A stretch of 64,000 nucleotides of DNA from Chloropicon primus. Taxonomy: Eukaryota. Within the stretch, counting starts at the first letter, position 1, and every line of letters starts with the position of its first letter. The notes under the pieces were generated by a model. That model saw only the letters and a program-made list of their open reading frames with translations, did no database searches and was not told where the DNA came from. Where the stretch lies: NCBI GenBank assembly GCA_023205875.1, contig CP060761.1:1-64000 (forward strand). Direction: 5' to 3'. The position numbers and the translations under genes are program-made. Shown piece by piece: positions 55,492-64,000 of this stretch.

Positions 55492-58416
55492 TTAGATGTC
55501 TTTGGACGTTGTCCTCCACCTCTGCTTCGTTTTCCTCTTTGACATTCCCTTGTCCGTCTGAAACCCAGCGCCCTGGGCGGCCCTCATGAACCTCGCCCAC
55601 ACCGGAGCGGCGAGGGTGGCCCCGCTCCCCGGGAGGCTGGAGTTGTTGTCGCGCCCCACCCAAACCACGCAGGTGAGCTGGGGGGTGTAGCCTGCGAACC
55701 AGGCGTCCCTGTAGTCGTCGCTGGTTCCGGTCTTCCCGGCGGCAGCAACGGCGGGCCACCCCTTGGTCGCCGCTCTCCCGGTGCCCTCGGTCACCGCGGA
55801 GCGGAGCATCCGGTGCATATCGGCGCAGATGTTCTTGCCCAGGACCACTCTCTTCGAGGACTTGTGCCTGTACAAGACTTGGTTCTTGTTGTCCTTCACT
55901 TTGGTGATGAGGTGCGGCCTGCTGCAGACGCCCCCCGCAGCGATGGTGTTGAAGGCGTGGGTCATCTCAAAGGGAGTCACCTCGCAGGAACCCAAAGCGA
56001 GGGACAGCTCGTAGGGCAGCTTGCCCCGAATCCCAAGCTTCCTCGCCATGTCAATGACGGAATCCACGCCAATCAAGTTCGCGAGCTTGACCGTGGGAAC
56101 GTTCAAGCTGTCAGAGAGGCTCTGCCTCAGGGTGACGACGCCCCTGTACTTCCTGCTGTAGTTTTGGGGCTGGTAATCCTCCTCCCTTTCGGCTTCGCTC
56201 TCCTCCTCGGTCTCGGACTCGGACTCTTCCAGGAAGCTCTCGAGCTCCAAGATCAGCGGGTCTGCGTCCGGGACATTCTCCTCCAGCCGGATCAGCTCGT
56301 CCTCCAGATTCGAAGACTCCTCCAGGAGGCCATTGAAGTAAGACTGCTTTTTGACGATCTTGCCGCTCTCGTATTCCGCGATCCGTCTTTGGGTTGCCAT
56401 CAGCTTCTTCCTGACCCTCGCCTTCGCCTCCTTGTGACTCCTCAGCACCCTCTCATCCTTCTCCTTGAGCCTCCTGATCTGGATCCTGCACTGCTCCTTT
56501 TTCTCCCGCTTCTCCCTCCTGTTCGCCAAGATCAGGTTGGCCCTGTCCTTCTTGCTGATGGCGACCCAGCCCTTGCCCTCGACCTCCCTCCTGAACACGA
56601 TCTCCTCGTCCTCGACTTCCGTTCTCGGCGTCACCATCCCAGTCGCCAGAGCGGCGAGGTAAACGATTGGCTTGAATGCGCTACCTGGCTGCCTCCGGGC
56701 CAGCATCGCCCTGTTGTAGGGGCTCTTAACGTAGTTCCTGCCCCCCACAAGGACCCTGACAGCCCCCGTTGCTGGCTCCATCGCCACCAAAGCGGATTCT
56801 CCCTTGTCTTCCCCCAACCTGAGAGTTTTCCCGTCCTCCTGCAAAATCTGCTCCGCGCTCTCTTGCAGGGCCAAGTCCACCGTGGTGTGAATTTGCAGCC
56901 CCCCCCTGTGCAGAACATCGCTGTCGCTCAGCAAGCCCCTCAGCTGGTACAGGACTTCAGCGACAAAATACGGAGCCCTGAAGGGAACTCCGCTCCTCGT
57001 GGGGCTCTCCAAGATGTCGCCCTCTCTCGCACTTCCGGAAAAAATCCCCCCCCCGGCGCTGTGGGACAGCATTGACCTTGGGAGCCCGCGGGACTTCACC
57101 TGCTCCGCTTGCTTCTGGTCGATGTACCCGCAGGCCAGCATCCTCTGCAAGACGAAAGACCTCGCCCTCAAGCAACCCTCCGGGTTCCTGAAGGGGGAAA
57201 GGTGCTCGGGCGCTGGCAAGATTCCTGCGAGCAGCGCGGCCTCGTCCAGATTTAGGTCCGCGGGCTTCTTCCTGAAATACACGGCGGCCGCCCCGGCCAC
57301 ACCCCACACCCCGTGCCCCCAGTACACGGTGTTCAAGTAGGACTCCAAAATAGCCTTCTTCTTCATCTTCCTCTCGATGCCCATGGCCATGAAAAGCTCC
57401 ACAAACTTCCTTGTCAGGGTCCTGCTGTGGGACAGGGCGACGTTCTTCGCCAGCTGCTGGGTGATTGTACTCCCTCCCCCCCTCTTGCCCAAAGAAAGCA
57501 CCGCTCTGCCGATCCCAAACAGGTCGACCCCGGAATGTCTGAAGAACCTCTTGTCCTCGCTGGCGACGATGGCTTGCCACACCGCCGGGCTTGTCTCCGA
57601 CAGCGGCACCCCAAAGACGCAACCGCGGGGGAGGAGCCTCCCCTTCCCGTCCTTGGACTGCACGAAGGTCTGGCTCCCGGAAGGGCTGAGCATCAGCGTG
57701 GCGATCACCCTGCCCTGCACGTCATAAATCACCGTGGGCTCCGCCCCGGAACCGATGAAGCGGGACTTAGCTTTGGCAGAGGAGGAAGGCACGGTGAACT
57801 CCTCGTCCGAATCGAACTCCTCATCGGAGTCGGAGTCCGTGTCGTCCCTCGAGTACAAAGCCGTTAGGGCCTCCAGGCCACCCCCGTCCCCTCCTCCCCC
57901 GAAACCGAAGAGCCTGCCCCCTCCCATCCCCGGCGGCACGCTCGCGAGAAACCTCCCCAAGTCGACCGCGATCCCCAAGGACGCCAAAGCCACCGCAACG
58001 ACAATCGCCCGTCGCACAGTCGGCGGTCGCTTCAACAACAACACGAGCCTCCCCCTCCCCTTGCTCAGCCACTCCCTGGCGCCATCCAAGGAGAACGGAG
58101 AGTTGGACGAGCACACTCTCACCCCTCTCCTCCCCCTCCCCCGCCGCTCTCCCAACCCCTCGCACCTCCCTCCCATCCCCTGCCGCTCCTCCTCCACGCC
58201 AAAGCCCTTCCTCCCTCCAACCCACATCATCATCAACGTCGTCGTCGTCGTCGTGATGGTGATCTGGCGTGCACGGTTGCGTCTCCCCTCCGGCGGCCGA
58301 GGCCAAGCACGGGTCGAGGTGGAGGGTAAGCACGTGCATGTCACCTTCCTCCTGGCGACCGTCCTCGCGGCCTTTGTCCCTCCCTTCCCCTCCACCCGTC
58401 CCCGCAACACAACCAT
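55492..58416 (-). CDS. Class A penicillin-binding protein (bifunctional transglycosylase/transpeptidase), probably plastid-targeted
   Basis: TGase motifs EDKRFFRHSGVD, GGSTITQQLAKN, RKFVE and KKAILESYLN. TPase motifs RQPGSAFKP (SxxK), SLN (SxN) and GKTGT (KTG). Long Arg-rich N-terminus, then a hydrophobic TM segment (AIVVAVALASLGIAV). Confidence 0.93.
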   Translation of the reverse strand: MVVLRGRVEGKGGTKAARTVARRKVTCTCLPSTSTRAWPRPPEGRRNRARQITITTTTTTLMMMWVGGRKGFGVEEERQGMGGRCEGLGERRGRGRRGVRVCSSNSPFSLDGAREWLSKGRGRLVLLLKRPPTVRRAIVVAVALASLGIAVDLGRFLASVPPGMGGGRLFGFGGGGDGGGLEALTALYSRDDTDSDSDEEFDSDEEFTVPSSSAKAKSRFIGSGAEPTVIYDVQGRVIATLMLSPSGSQTFVQSKDGKGRLLPRGCVFGVPLSETSPAVWQAIVASEDKRFFRHSGVDLFGIGRAVLSLGKRGGGSTITQQLAKNVALSHSRTLTRKFVELFMAMGIERKMKKKAILESYLNTVYWGHGVWGVAGAAAVYFRKKPADLNLDEAALLAGILPAPEHLSPFRNPEGCLRARSFVLQRMLACGYIDQKQAEQVKSRGLPRSMLSHSAGGGIFSGSAREGDILESPTRSGVPFRAPYFVAEVLYQLRGLLSDSDVLHRGGLQIHTTVDLALQESAEQILQEDGKTLRLGEDKGESALVAMEPATGAVRVLVGGRNYVKSPYNRAMLARRQPGSAFKPIVYLAALATGMVTPRTEVEDEEIVFRREVEGKGWVAISKKDRANLILANRREKREKKEQCRIQIRRLKEKDERVLRSHKEAKARVRKKLMATQRRIAEYESGKIVKKQSYFNGLLEESSNLEDELIRLEENVPDADPLILELESFLEESESETEEESEAEREEDYQPQNYSRKYRGVVTLRQSLSDSLNVPTVKLANLIGVDSVIDMARKLGIRGKLPYELSLALGSCEVTPFEMTHAFNTIAAGGVCSRPHLITKVKDNKNQVLYRHKSSKRVVLGKNICADMHRMLRSAVTEGTGRAATKGWPAVAAAGKTGTSDDYRDAWFAGYTPQLTCVVWVGRDNNSSLPGSGATLAAPVWARFMRAAQGAGFQTDKGMSKRKTKQRWRTTSKDI

Positions 58417-59478
58417 CCTCCTCCTCCTCTGCTCTGGTTCCCCCCCTCCCCTCCCTTCTCAAACTTAACTGATGACATGCAGCCCAGCCCGCCCAGGGGA
58501 AGGGGAGGAGGACGGAGGACGAGGAGAAGGAGGGGGGGAGGGAGGTGTGCCAATGGGTGACTCATTGCTCCATTGCCTCATGGCATCATGGCATCACACG
58601 TTCTCACTTTCTCTTGGAGGAAGGGGAAGGGGAAGGGAAGGGGAAGGGGATGGGAGTCACACACAGGAGGGGGTGCTGCTGATGAGGATGAGGATGAGGA
58701 TGCTTATGGATGGATGGAAAGGGAAAGGGAAGGGGACTAGTGAGCCAACGGGTGCCTCACTACACCCCTCCCACTCCCACTCCCACACGCACACACACAC
58801 ACACTTGTCTCCTGTCAGCAAGTCAAGCCACACAACAGGCCGATGATGCTGGATGCTGAATGGATGCCGGAAGAGGTCGTTGGAAGAGGTCGTTGGAAGG
58901 GAATTCGGTGTTCCAATCGGTACCTCCCTCCCTCCCTCCCCTCTCCCTCCCCTCTGTCTTCTCCTCTCCTCTGATGGATGGATTTTTGATTCTTGTCTCC
59001 GTTTCTCTCTCCGCGGCAGAGGGCGAGGGAGGGTTTGCCAAGGTGGAGACCACTGTCTGCACACCACAAGCAAGGAAAGGAGAAAGGGGACGAGAGGGAG
59101 GATACAATCACACACAATCACTTATCACTATCACACACATCCCCACACACGAATACACACACGACCGACAACACACAAGCAGGAACGAACGAGACATAGT
59201 ATGGCCGCCCAGTGCTGGTACCTTTTGTCGAAAGCTTGCCCAAGGTTTTGGAAGAAGTGTTGTCTTGAATAGTAGGAGCTCCTCGTGGAAGAAGGGAGAG
59301 ACCGAGCGCAAAGTCAAGGCACTGGCAGGTGGGCCAGGAATTGGAGCAAGACCAAGGCAAAGGCGGCACCTTTGGAACCTTTGGTGCGTGCTGCGTGAGT
59401 TCTCTCGTATAGTCGTACAGCCCCACAAGTCGCCAGAACACTGGCCAGAGGTGAAGCAAGGTTGTGAGCAGAGACACC

Positions 59479-60636
59479 ATGGCTCCAGGGGGCACGGGCA
59501 AGAAGATCAAGTGGACTGAGGAGGAGGACCAACAGTTGCGGGACTTGGTTGCGAAGCATGGCACGAAGAAGTGGTCGTACCTCTCCACCTTGTTCCACAA
59601 CAAAGGGAGCAAGCAGTGCAGGAGGAGGTGGCAGAACAAGCTCAGTATGGACGCCAAGAGCACCAGCTGGACCAACGAGGAGGATGCGATATTGCTGAAG
59701 AGCCACAAGAGGTTGGGCAATCGGTGGACGGAGATCGCCAAGCAGTTGTCCGGGAGGACGGACAACGCGGTGAAGAACCGGTTCTTCGCCCTCCGCAAGA
59801 AGAAGCTCAGGGTCGGCGGCGCCAAGAGGGGCGCGAGGAATGACTCGGGCGCCAAGGGCAAAATCACGTCGACCCTGAGCCTGGACAAGCCCTTGGCGGG
59901 CCTGCAGAGGAAGGGAAGCAGCGGAATCAAGTCGCACCTCGCTGGTGGCCTCTCCATAGACATCCCTGGCCAAGGCGACGGCCAGTCACCGGGAAAGACT
60001 TTTGCCATCAATCTTCCGAAGACGGGCTTGACGCGGGAGGATCTGTGCTTGATTGACGAAGTGAACTTGCTCAACACCCCGCTGCAGATTGCTGTCCAGG
60101 ATGCCATGAACAACTCGGCGCCGGGGTCGGGGTCGGACGGGTCCAAGGGGGGGAACAACTCGACCTCCATGTCCCGGTTCCGCGAGTTCATGAACTGGGT
60201 CTTCGCTCCCGAGGAGAGCCTCCTCAGTGCCAGGGCGGGGAGCATGAGGCACGGCGAGCAGCGAACGCCCAACGCGTTGACGCCGCTCTTCGCATCGGAT
60301 TTCAACTTTGCGATCATACCCGAGAGCGTTCGGAGCGTGACGAGGCACCTTCTGACCAAGCAGTTTGCCCACATCTGGACGCCCAAGGTGGGCGGTTCTT
60401 TCGACACCAGCAGCTGCGGAGGGGGGAGCGGGGGGACGGACACCAAGCCGTCCACTCCCTCGCTGGTCGGGGCCGGCTTGACCCCCATCAGCCTCAGGAG
60501 GTCCCCGAGACTTTTGGGCCAGAACTCTAACATGGACTTTGTCGGCATGAAGGTGCCCTCGCCGACCTTCTCGGACAAGGAACTTGACGTGCTTTTGTCC
60601 TGCATGAGCCCCACAACCAACAGCACCAAGAAGTGA
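59479..60636 (+). CDS. R2R3-type MYB transcription factor
   Basis: Two MYB repeats: WTEEEDQQL...KWS...SKQCRRRWQNKL and WTNEED...GNRWTEIAKQLSGRTDNAVKNRF. Ser/Gly/Pro-rich C-terminus with SP/TP sites. Confidence 0.92.
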   Translation: MAPGGTGKKIKWTEEEDQQLRDLVAKHGTKKWSYLSTLFHNKGSKQCRRRWQNKLSMDAKSTSWTNEEDAILLKSHKRLGNRWTEIAKQLSGRTDNAVKNRFFALRKKKLRVGGAKRGARNDSGAKGKITSTLSLDKPLAGLQRKGSSGIKSHLAGGLSIDIPGQGDGQSPGKTFAINLPKTGLTREDLCLIDEVNLLNTPLQIAVQDAMNNSAPGSGSDGSKGGNNSTSMSRFREFMNWVFAPEESLLSARAGSMRHGEQRTPNALTPLFASDFNFAIIPESVRSVTRHLLTKQFAHIWTPKVGGSFDTSSCGGGSGGTDTKPSTPSLVGAGLTPISLRRSPRLLGQNSNMDFVGMKVPSPTFSDKELDVLLSCMSPTTNSTKK

Positions 60637-61192
60637 TGTGTTGGCCACGCGTGTTGCATAGATGTTGTACCATACCAAAACAACCTTTCACAAGAAGGAT
60701 GTAAACTATTCATTCTCCCGCACGATCCTCTCTCGCTCTCGCTGCCCTCCCCTGTTCCTGGTTGAATTCTTTTCAATCGTTTCAGGCCACCAAAGGCACC
60801 TGCCAGTCCCATCATTGACACTGTCCCTTCAATGACTACAAGGAGTACAAGGACAGGAGGTTTCCTCCTATCCTTTGCCTCGCCTTGCCTTGCCTTGCCT
60901 TGCCTTGTCTCCCTCCCCAGCGAGGTCTTTCCCTTGTCGTGAGCAGGCAGATGCAGATGCAGATGCAGAAGCAGAGACAAATCGAGGAGGACAATGGTCA
61001 CTCAACCCCCTTGCATGAAGAAGATAAGACCTCCATCCATCCATCCATCCATCCATCCATCCATCCATCCATGCTCCATCCATCACATTCATCGCCTTCC
61101 TCCTCCATATCGTACATCAAGATTCCGGGCCGCCAATCTCTCGGCCATCGAGTCAAGTTGTGTCCCGTCGCGAGGGAGGGAGGGAGTTTGAG

Positions 61193-62104
61193 ATGGGAGC
61201 GTGGGCAGCGGGTCGGGTGACCCTCAAGGGGGTGACGTCTATCCTTCAGGCCGCAGAACAGGTGGCACGTTCGTGCCGAGGGTTGACGCATGGGATACCG
61301 CGAACAAAAGGTGCAGACCTTTTCCTTTTCCCCCTTGGAGGGAGAGGGAGAGGTGGAGATGGAATTGGAGTTGGAATTGGGTTTGTGGGTCACAGGAGCC
61401 TCAGCGGCGTGGCGACGGTCCGCGGAGAAGAAAGCGCGGCGGCGGACACCCGACGGACGAGGTCGTTTGCGGCGGCGAGGTCCTTGCTTTTCTCGACGGA
61501 AGCCGGGAGCGGGAGCCTTTTCGACAAGATCTCGAACATGGGGAAGGGAGGTAGCGAGGGCAAAGAGGCTGCCGTGTCGGGTGGTGGCGATGGCGACCCG
61601 CGGGTGTACAGGCTGAATGAGGGGGAGCACGTCCAGATCACTAAGCCGCAGGACTACGCGAAGAGCGTTCTCAGGCAGGCTCCCATAGGCCCAAGAAAGC
61701 TCAAGAAGGTGTGCAACATGTTGAGGGGCATGTCGGTGGAGGAAGCGCTCTTGCAGTGCAGGCTCACCGTGAAGAAGGGCGCCAAGCTGTGCGAGCAGGT
61801 GATCCTGTCAGCGAGGGCGAATGCGGTGCACAATCACGACTTGGACGCCGGGAAGCTGTACGTGGATCAGATCTTCTCCACCAAGGGGAAGTATAGGAAA
61901 CGTGTTGACTTCGTGGCCAAGGGCAGGAGCGTGATCAAGAAAAAGTACTTTTCTCACCTCACGGTGATCTTGAGGGAGGGGAAGCCCCTCAAGGAAAAGA
62001 TCAAGCTCCATCCCAGCGCGATGCAGAGAAGGGCCAGGAGGATGCAAGCGAGCCCGGCGAGCGGGGAGAAGCAGGAGGCGCAGGCACCGGCCGCGGCGGC
62101 GTGA
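61193..62104 (+). CDS. Mitochondrial ribosomal protein uL22m
   Basis: GPRKLKKVCNMLRGMSVEEALLQC, ILSARANAVHNHDLD, AKGRS and FSHLTVILRE form the L22 domain, preceded by a long Arg/Ser/Ala-rich presequence. Confidence 0.85.
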   Translation: MGAWAAGRVTLKGVTSILQAAEQVARSCRGLTHGIPRTKGADLFLFPLGGRGRGGDGIGVGIGFVGHRSLSGVATVRGEESAAADTRRTRSFAAARSLLFSTEAGSGSLFDKISNMGKGGSEGKEAAVSGGGDGDPRVYRLNEGEHVQITKPQDYAKSVLRQAPIGPRKLKKVCNMLRGMSVEEALLQCRLTVKKGAKLCEQVILSARANAVHNHDLDAGKLYVDQIFSTKGKYRKRVDFVAKGRSVIKKKYFSHLTVILREGKPLKEKIKLHPSAMQRRARRMQASPASGEKQEAQAPAAAA

Positions 62105-62201
62105 TCAAGTAGTTGTACAAAAGTCGAGGAAGCAAACCCAAATGATATTTATATAAAAATACACACAAAACAACATAAAACCACAAAATCCATCACCTGC
62201 T

Positions 62202-64000
62202 CTACAGGCTGACCTGGAAAAAGTCACTCGAGTAGGAGGAGGACCTCCTGCCTCCGTACAAGTACAAGTCCCCGCCGGCAAAGGCGCATCCGGCATGGAC
62301 CTCCTCGTTCTCGCCGCCCGACCCGGCGGAAGACTCGCTGATGGTCAAGTCCACCCACTGATTGTAGAGGAAATCGTACCTGAACAGCTTGCCGGTTGAC
62401 TCCTTGACGTACCAGGAAGCGTTGTACACACAAGGCGACACGTTCCAGGGACCGAATTCAGGGGGAGACTTTGGCGTGATGTTCGCCCACTCGAGCGAGT
62501 TGTAGTCGAAGCGCCACATTTCCGTGCTCAAGCCGCTGTCGGTGTACCCCCCGAAGACGTACATGCCGTCCTCGAAAGTGGCTGCGGCGTGCCCGTACCT
62601 CGGGCTGGGCCCCGTGGACTTGACGGTCGCGTAAGCGTTCTCGTCGATGTCGTACACAAACAAATCGCTCAGCAGCTCTCCCCCGCTCTTTCCTCCGAAC
62701 ACGTAGATCTTCTTCCCATGCAAAGCCATGGAGTGGTGCTCTCTCGGGGTGGGCCTCAGGGACCCATAAGGCACCTCGGAAGACCACCTCATCTTGTTGA
62801 AGTTGAGAGACCAGACCTTGTCCTCGGCGGCGTGCGGGCCTATTGCTCCGTACGACCCCTGGGATCCACTCGCTCCGTACCTCCCAAAGCCGCCGATCAG
62901 GTACATCTTCTCACCGTCCATGACATAGCTCCTCGTCCTCCTGGAAGGTGGGTTGGTCCCCCTGGTGGAAACCTCGTAAAAGGACTTGCCATTGAAGATG
63001 ACGTCCTCCTCCGCCCCGCGGGTGAGCTCGATTCCCGGGGTGTACTTGGCCACAATGACGGAGTCCCAGGCCCCCACAGACCCCCCGCCCGTGTAGAGCA
63101 ACACCCTGTCCAAGGGCCTGGAGGGCCTGGACAGGGAGGGCTCGTGGACCCCGTCAATGGCGAAGGAGGCCACCGTTCCGTTGTCCAGAATTTCGAACGA
63201 GTGCCACCCTGGGGACTGCGGCACGGAGGTCGCTCTCCAAGGGTAGCAGCTCGAGTAGTTCGTCTTGGAGACCTGAGAGTTCACCCCTACGATGAACCCC
63301 TGGGAACACATGTTCGTGGACTCGACTTTGGTGCACGGATCGTAGTTTGGACTGAACCAGTTCACCGCCGAGGTGGTGCTGCCCGCCTCAGAGACGTAGA
63401 AATACCCTTTCACGAGGTAGGTCGCCATGGAGCTCAAAGGCTTTTCGATGCCCCCCCCCGCGGTCGCCAGGGAGTTCACCTTCAGACTGTACTTCCCGCT
63501 GAGGGCAACCTCGGTGCTCACCGTGAAAGCGGCTGGATCCTGGTCACTCGGGATGAAGCAGGCCCCGCAAGGCGAGGTCAGCGTGTACCCGTGGTCCGCA
63601 AAGGTCTTGCCTTTTCCCTCGAAGTCGTCGTGGACCACCATCAGGCTCCCCGCCGACGAGAGAGCCGAGGACTTGGCGTGCGTGTTGCCATAATACATGT
63701 AGCACTCCTTCTCCGTGGGCCGCAACCAGATCGTCGTCTTGTCCGAGTCGCAGCCCTGGAGGGGATCCACCCAGAAGGGAACGTTGCTGGACGTGCTCGA
63801 GGACTTGAAGATGAGGTCGCTGCAGTCCGCGTTCATTTTCCCTTGGCCGATCAGGGACTTCGTGTCTACCGTGAAGGACAAGGCGTGGCTCGGAACGGAG
63901 CTGAAGCTGAGCTTGCTCCTGTACCTCCATGTGTTCTCCTCGAGGTCTGGCTCGTAGCGCCAAACGCTCTCCACAAAGTCCTTGCTGGCACCCCAGCCGT
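62202..64000 (-). CDS. Partial (5' end beyond the window) Kelch-repeat protein containing a DUF2341-like and a ConA/LamG-like region
   Basis: The frame is open to the window edge (...GWGASKDFVESVWRY). C-terminal Kelch repeats MYLIGG, IYVFGG, MYVFGG and LYLYGG. DUF2341-like VDTKSLIGQGKMNADCSDLIF...VPFWVD...IWLR...YMYYGN. Beta-rich WHSFEI...FAIDG segment. Confidence 0.8.
   Translation of the reverse strand, partial: GWGASKDFVESVWRYEPDLEENTWRYRSKLSFSSVPSHALSFTVDTKSLIGQGKMNADCSDLIFKSSSTSSNVPFWVDPLQGCDSDKTTIWLRPTEKECYMYYGNTHAKSSALSSAGSLMVVHDDFEGKGKTFADHGYTLTSPCGACFIPSDQDPAAFTVSTEVALSGKYSLKVNSLATAGGGIEKPLSSMATYLVKGYFYVSEAGSTTSAVNWFSPNYDPCTKVESTNMCSQGFIVGVNSQVSKTNYSSCYPWRATSVPQSPGWHSFEILDNGTVASFAIDGVHEPSLSRPSRPLDRVLLYTGGGSVGAWDSVIVAKYTPGIELTRGAEEDVIFNGKSFYEVSTRGTNPPSRRTRSYVMDGEKMYLIGGFGRYGASGSQGSYGAIGPHAAEDKVWSLNFNKMRWSSEVPYGSLRPTPREHHSMALHGKKIYVFGGKSGGELLSDLFVYDIDENAYATVKSTGPSPRYGHAAATFEDGMYVFGGYTDSGLSTEMWRFDYNSLEWANITPKSPPEFGPWNVSPCVYNASWYVKESTGKLFRYDFLYNQWVDLTISESSAGSGGENEEVHAGCAFAGGDLYLYGGRRSSSYSSDFFQVSL

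Noticed and set aside
55492..58416. Bacterial contamination or recent insertion suggested by the PBP gene
   Set aside because: Host-like codon usage, a transit-peptide-like extension, eukaryotic flanking genes and no operon.
45939..61001. Large antisense ORFs over eIF3d (45939-47906), SPOUT1 (51403-52701), HEMA (53556-55232) and MYB (59118-61001)
   Set aside because: GC-rich shadow frames opposite well-supported genes, with no recognisable motifs.

Overview
The window is the left end of a chromosome from a compact, GC-rich green-algal nuclear genome. Evidence: plastid-targeted HemA, KAS III and PBP; mitochondrial uL22 and NDUFA6; few short GT-AG introns. A Chloropicon-like picoplanktonic chlorophyte is my guess, not proven. 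It opens with telomere-type repeats (CCTAAAA and variants, 1-218), a ~198-bp subtelomeric satellite (~3.5 copies) and a C-rich spacer. The first gene is a single uninterrupted 33.8-kb ORF (2463-36266, minus strand, 11,267 aa) encoding a giant type-I membrane protein. It has a signal peptide, roughly 180-185 six-Cys thrombospondin-1/spondin-like repeats partly organised into 5- and 10-module super-repeats, RRxL-type putative processing sites, one TM helix and a motif-rich cytoplasmic tail. The remaining 27 kb is gene-dense: GNAT (AANAT/Paa1-like), Nup42/CG1-like FG nucleoporin, prolyl oligopeptidase, aldo-keto reductase, FabH, an orphan, eIF3d, a divergent histone H4 fused to an MCM3-C-terminus-like winged-helix domain, a coiled-coil orphan, NDUFA6, SPOUT1, HemA, a class A PBP with a large insertion, an R2R3-MYB, uL22m and a partial Kelch/DUF2341-like protein. 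The two most striking items are the giant TSR surface protein and the H4-winged-helix fusion. All family assignments come from visual motif recognition; no searches were run.
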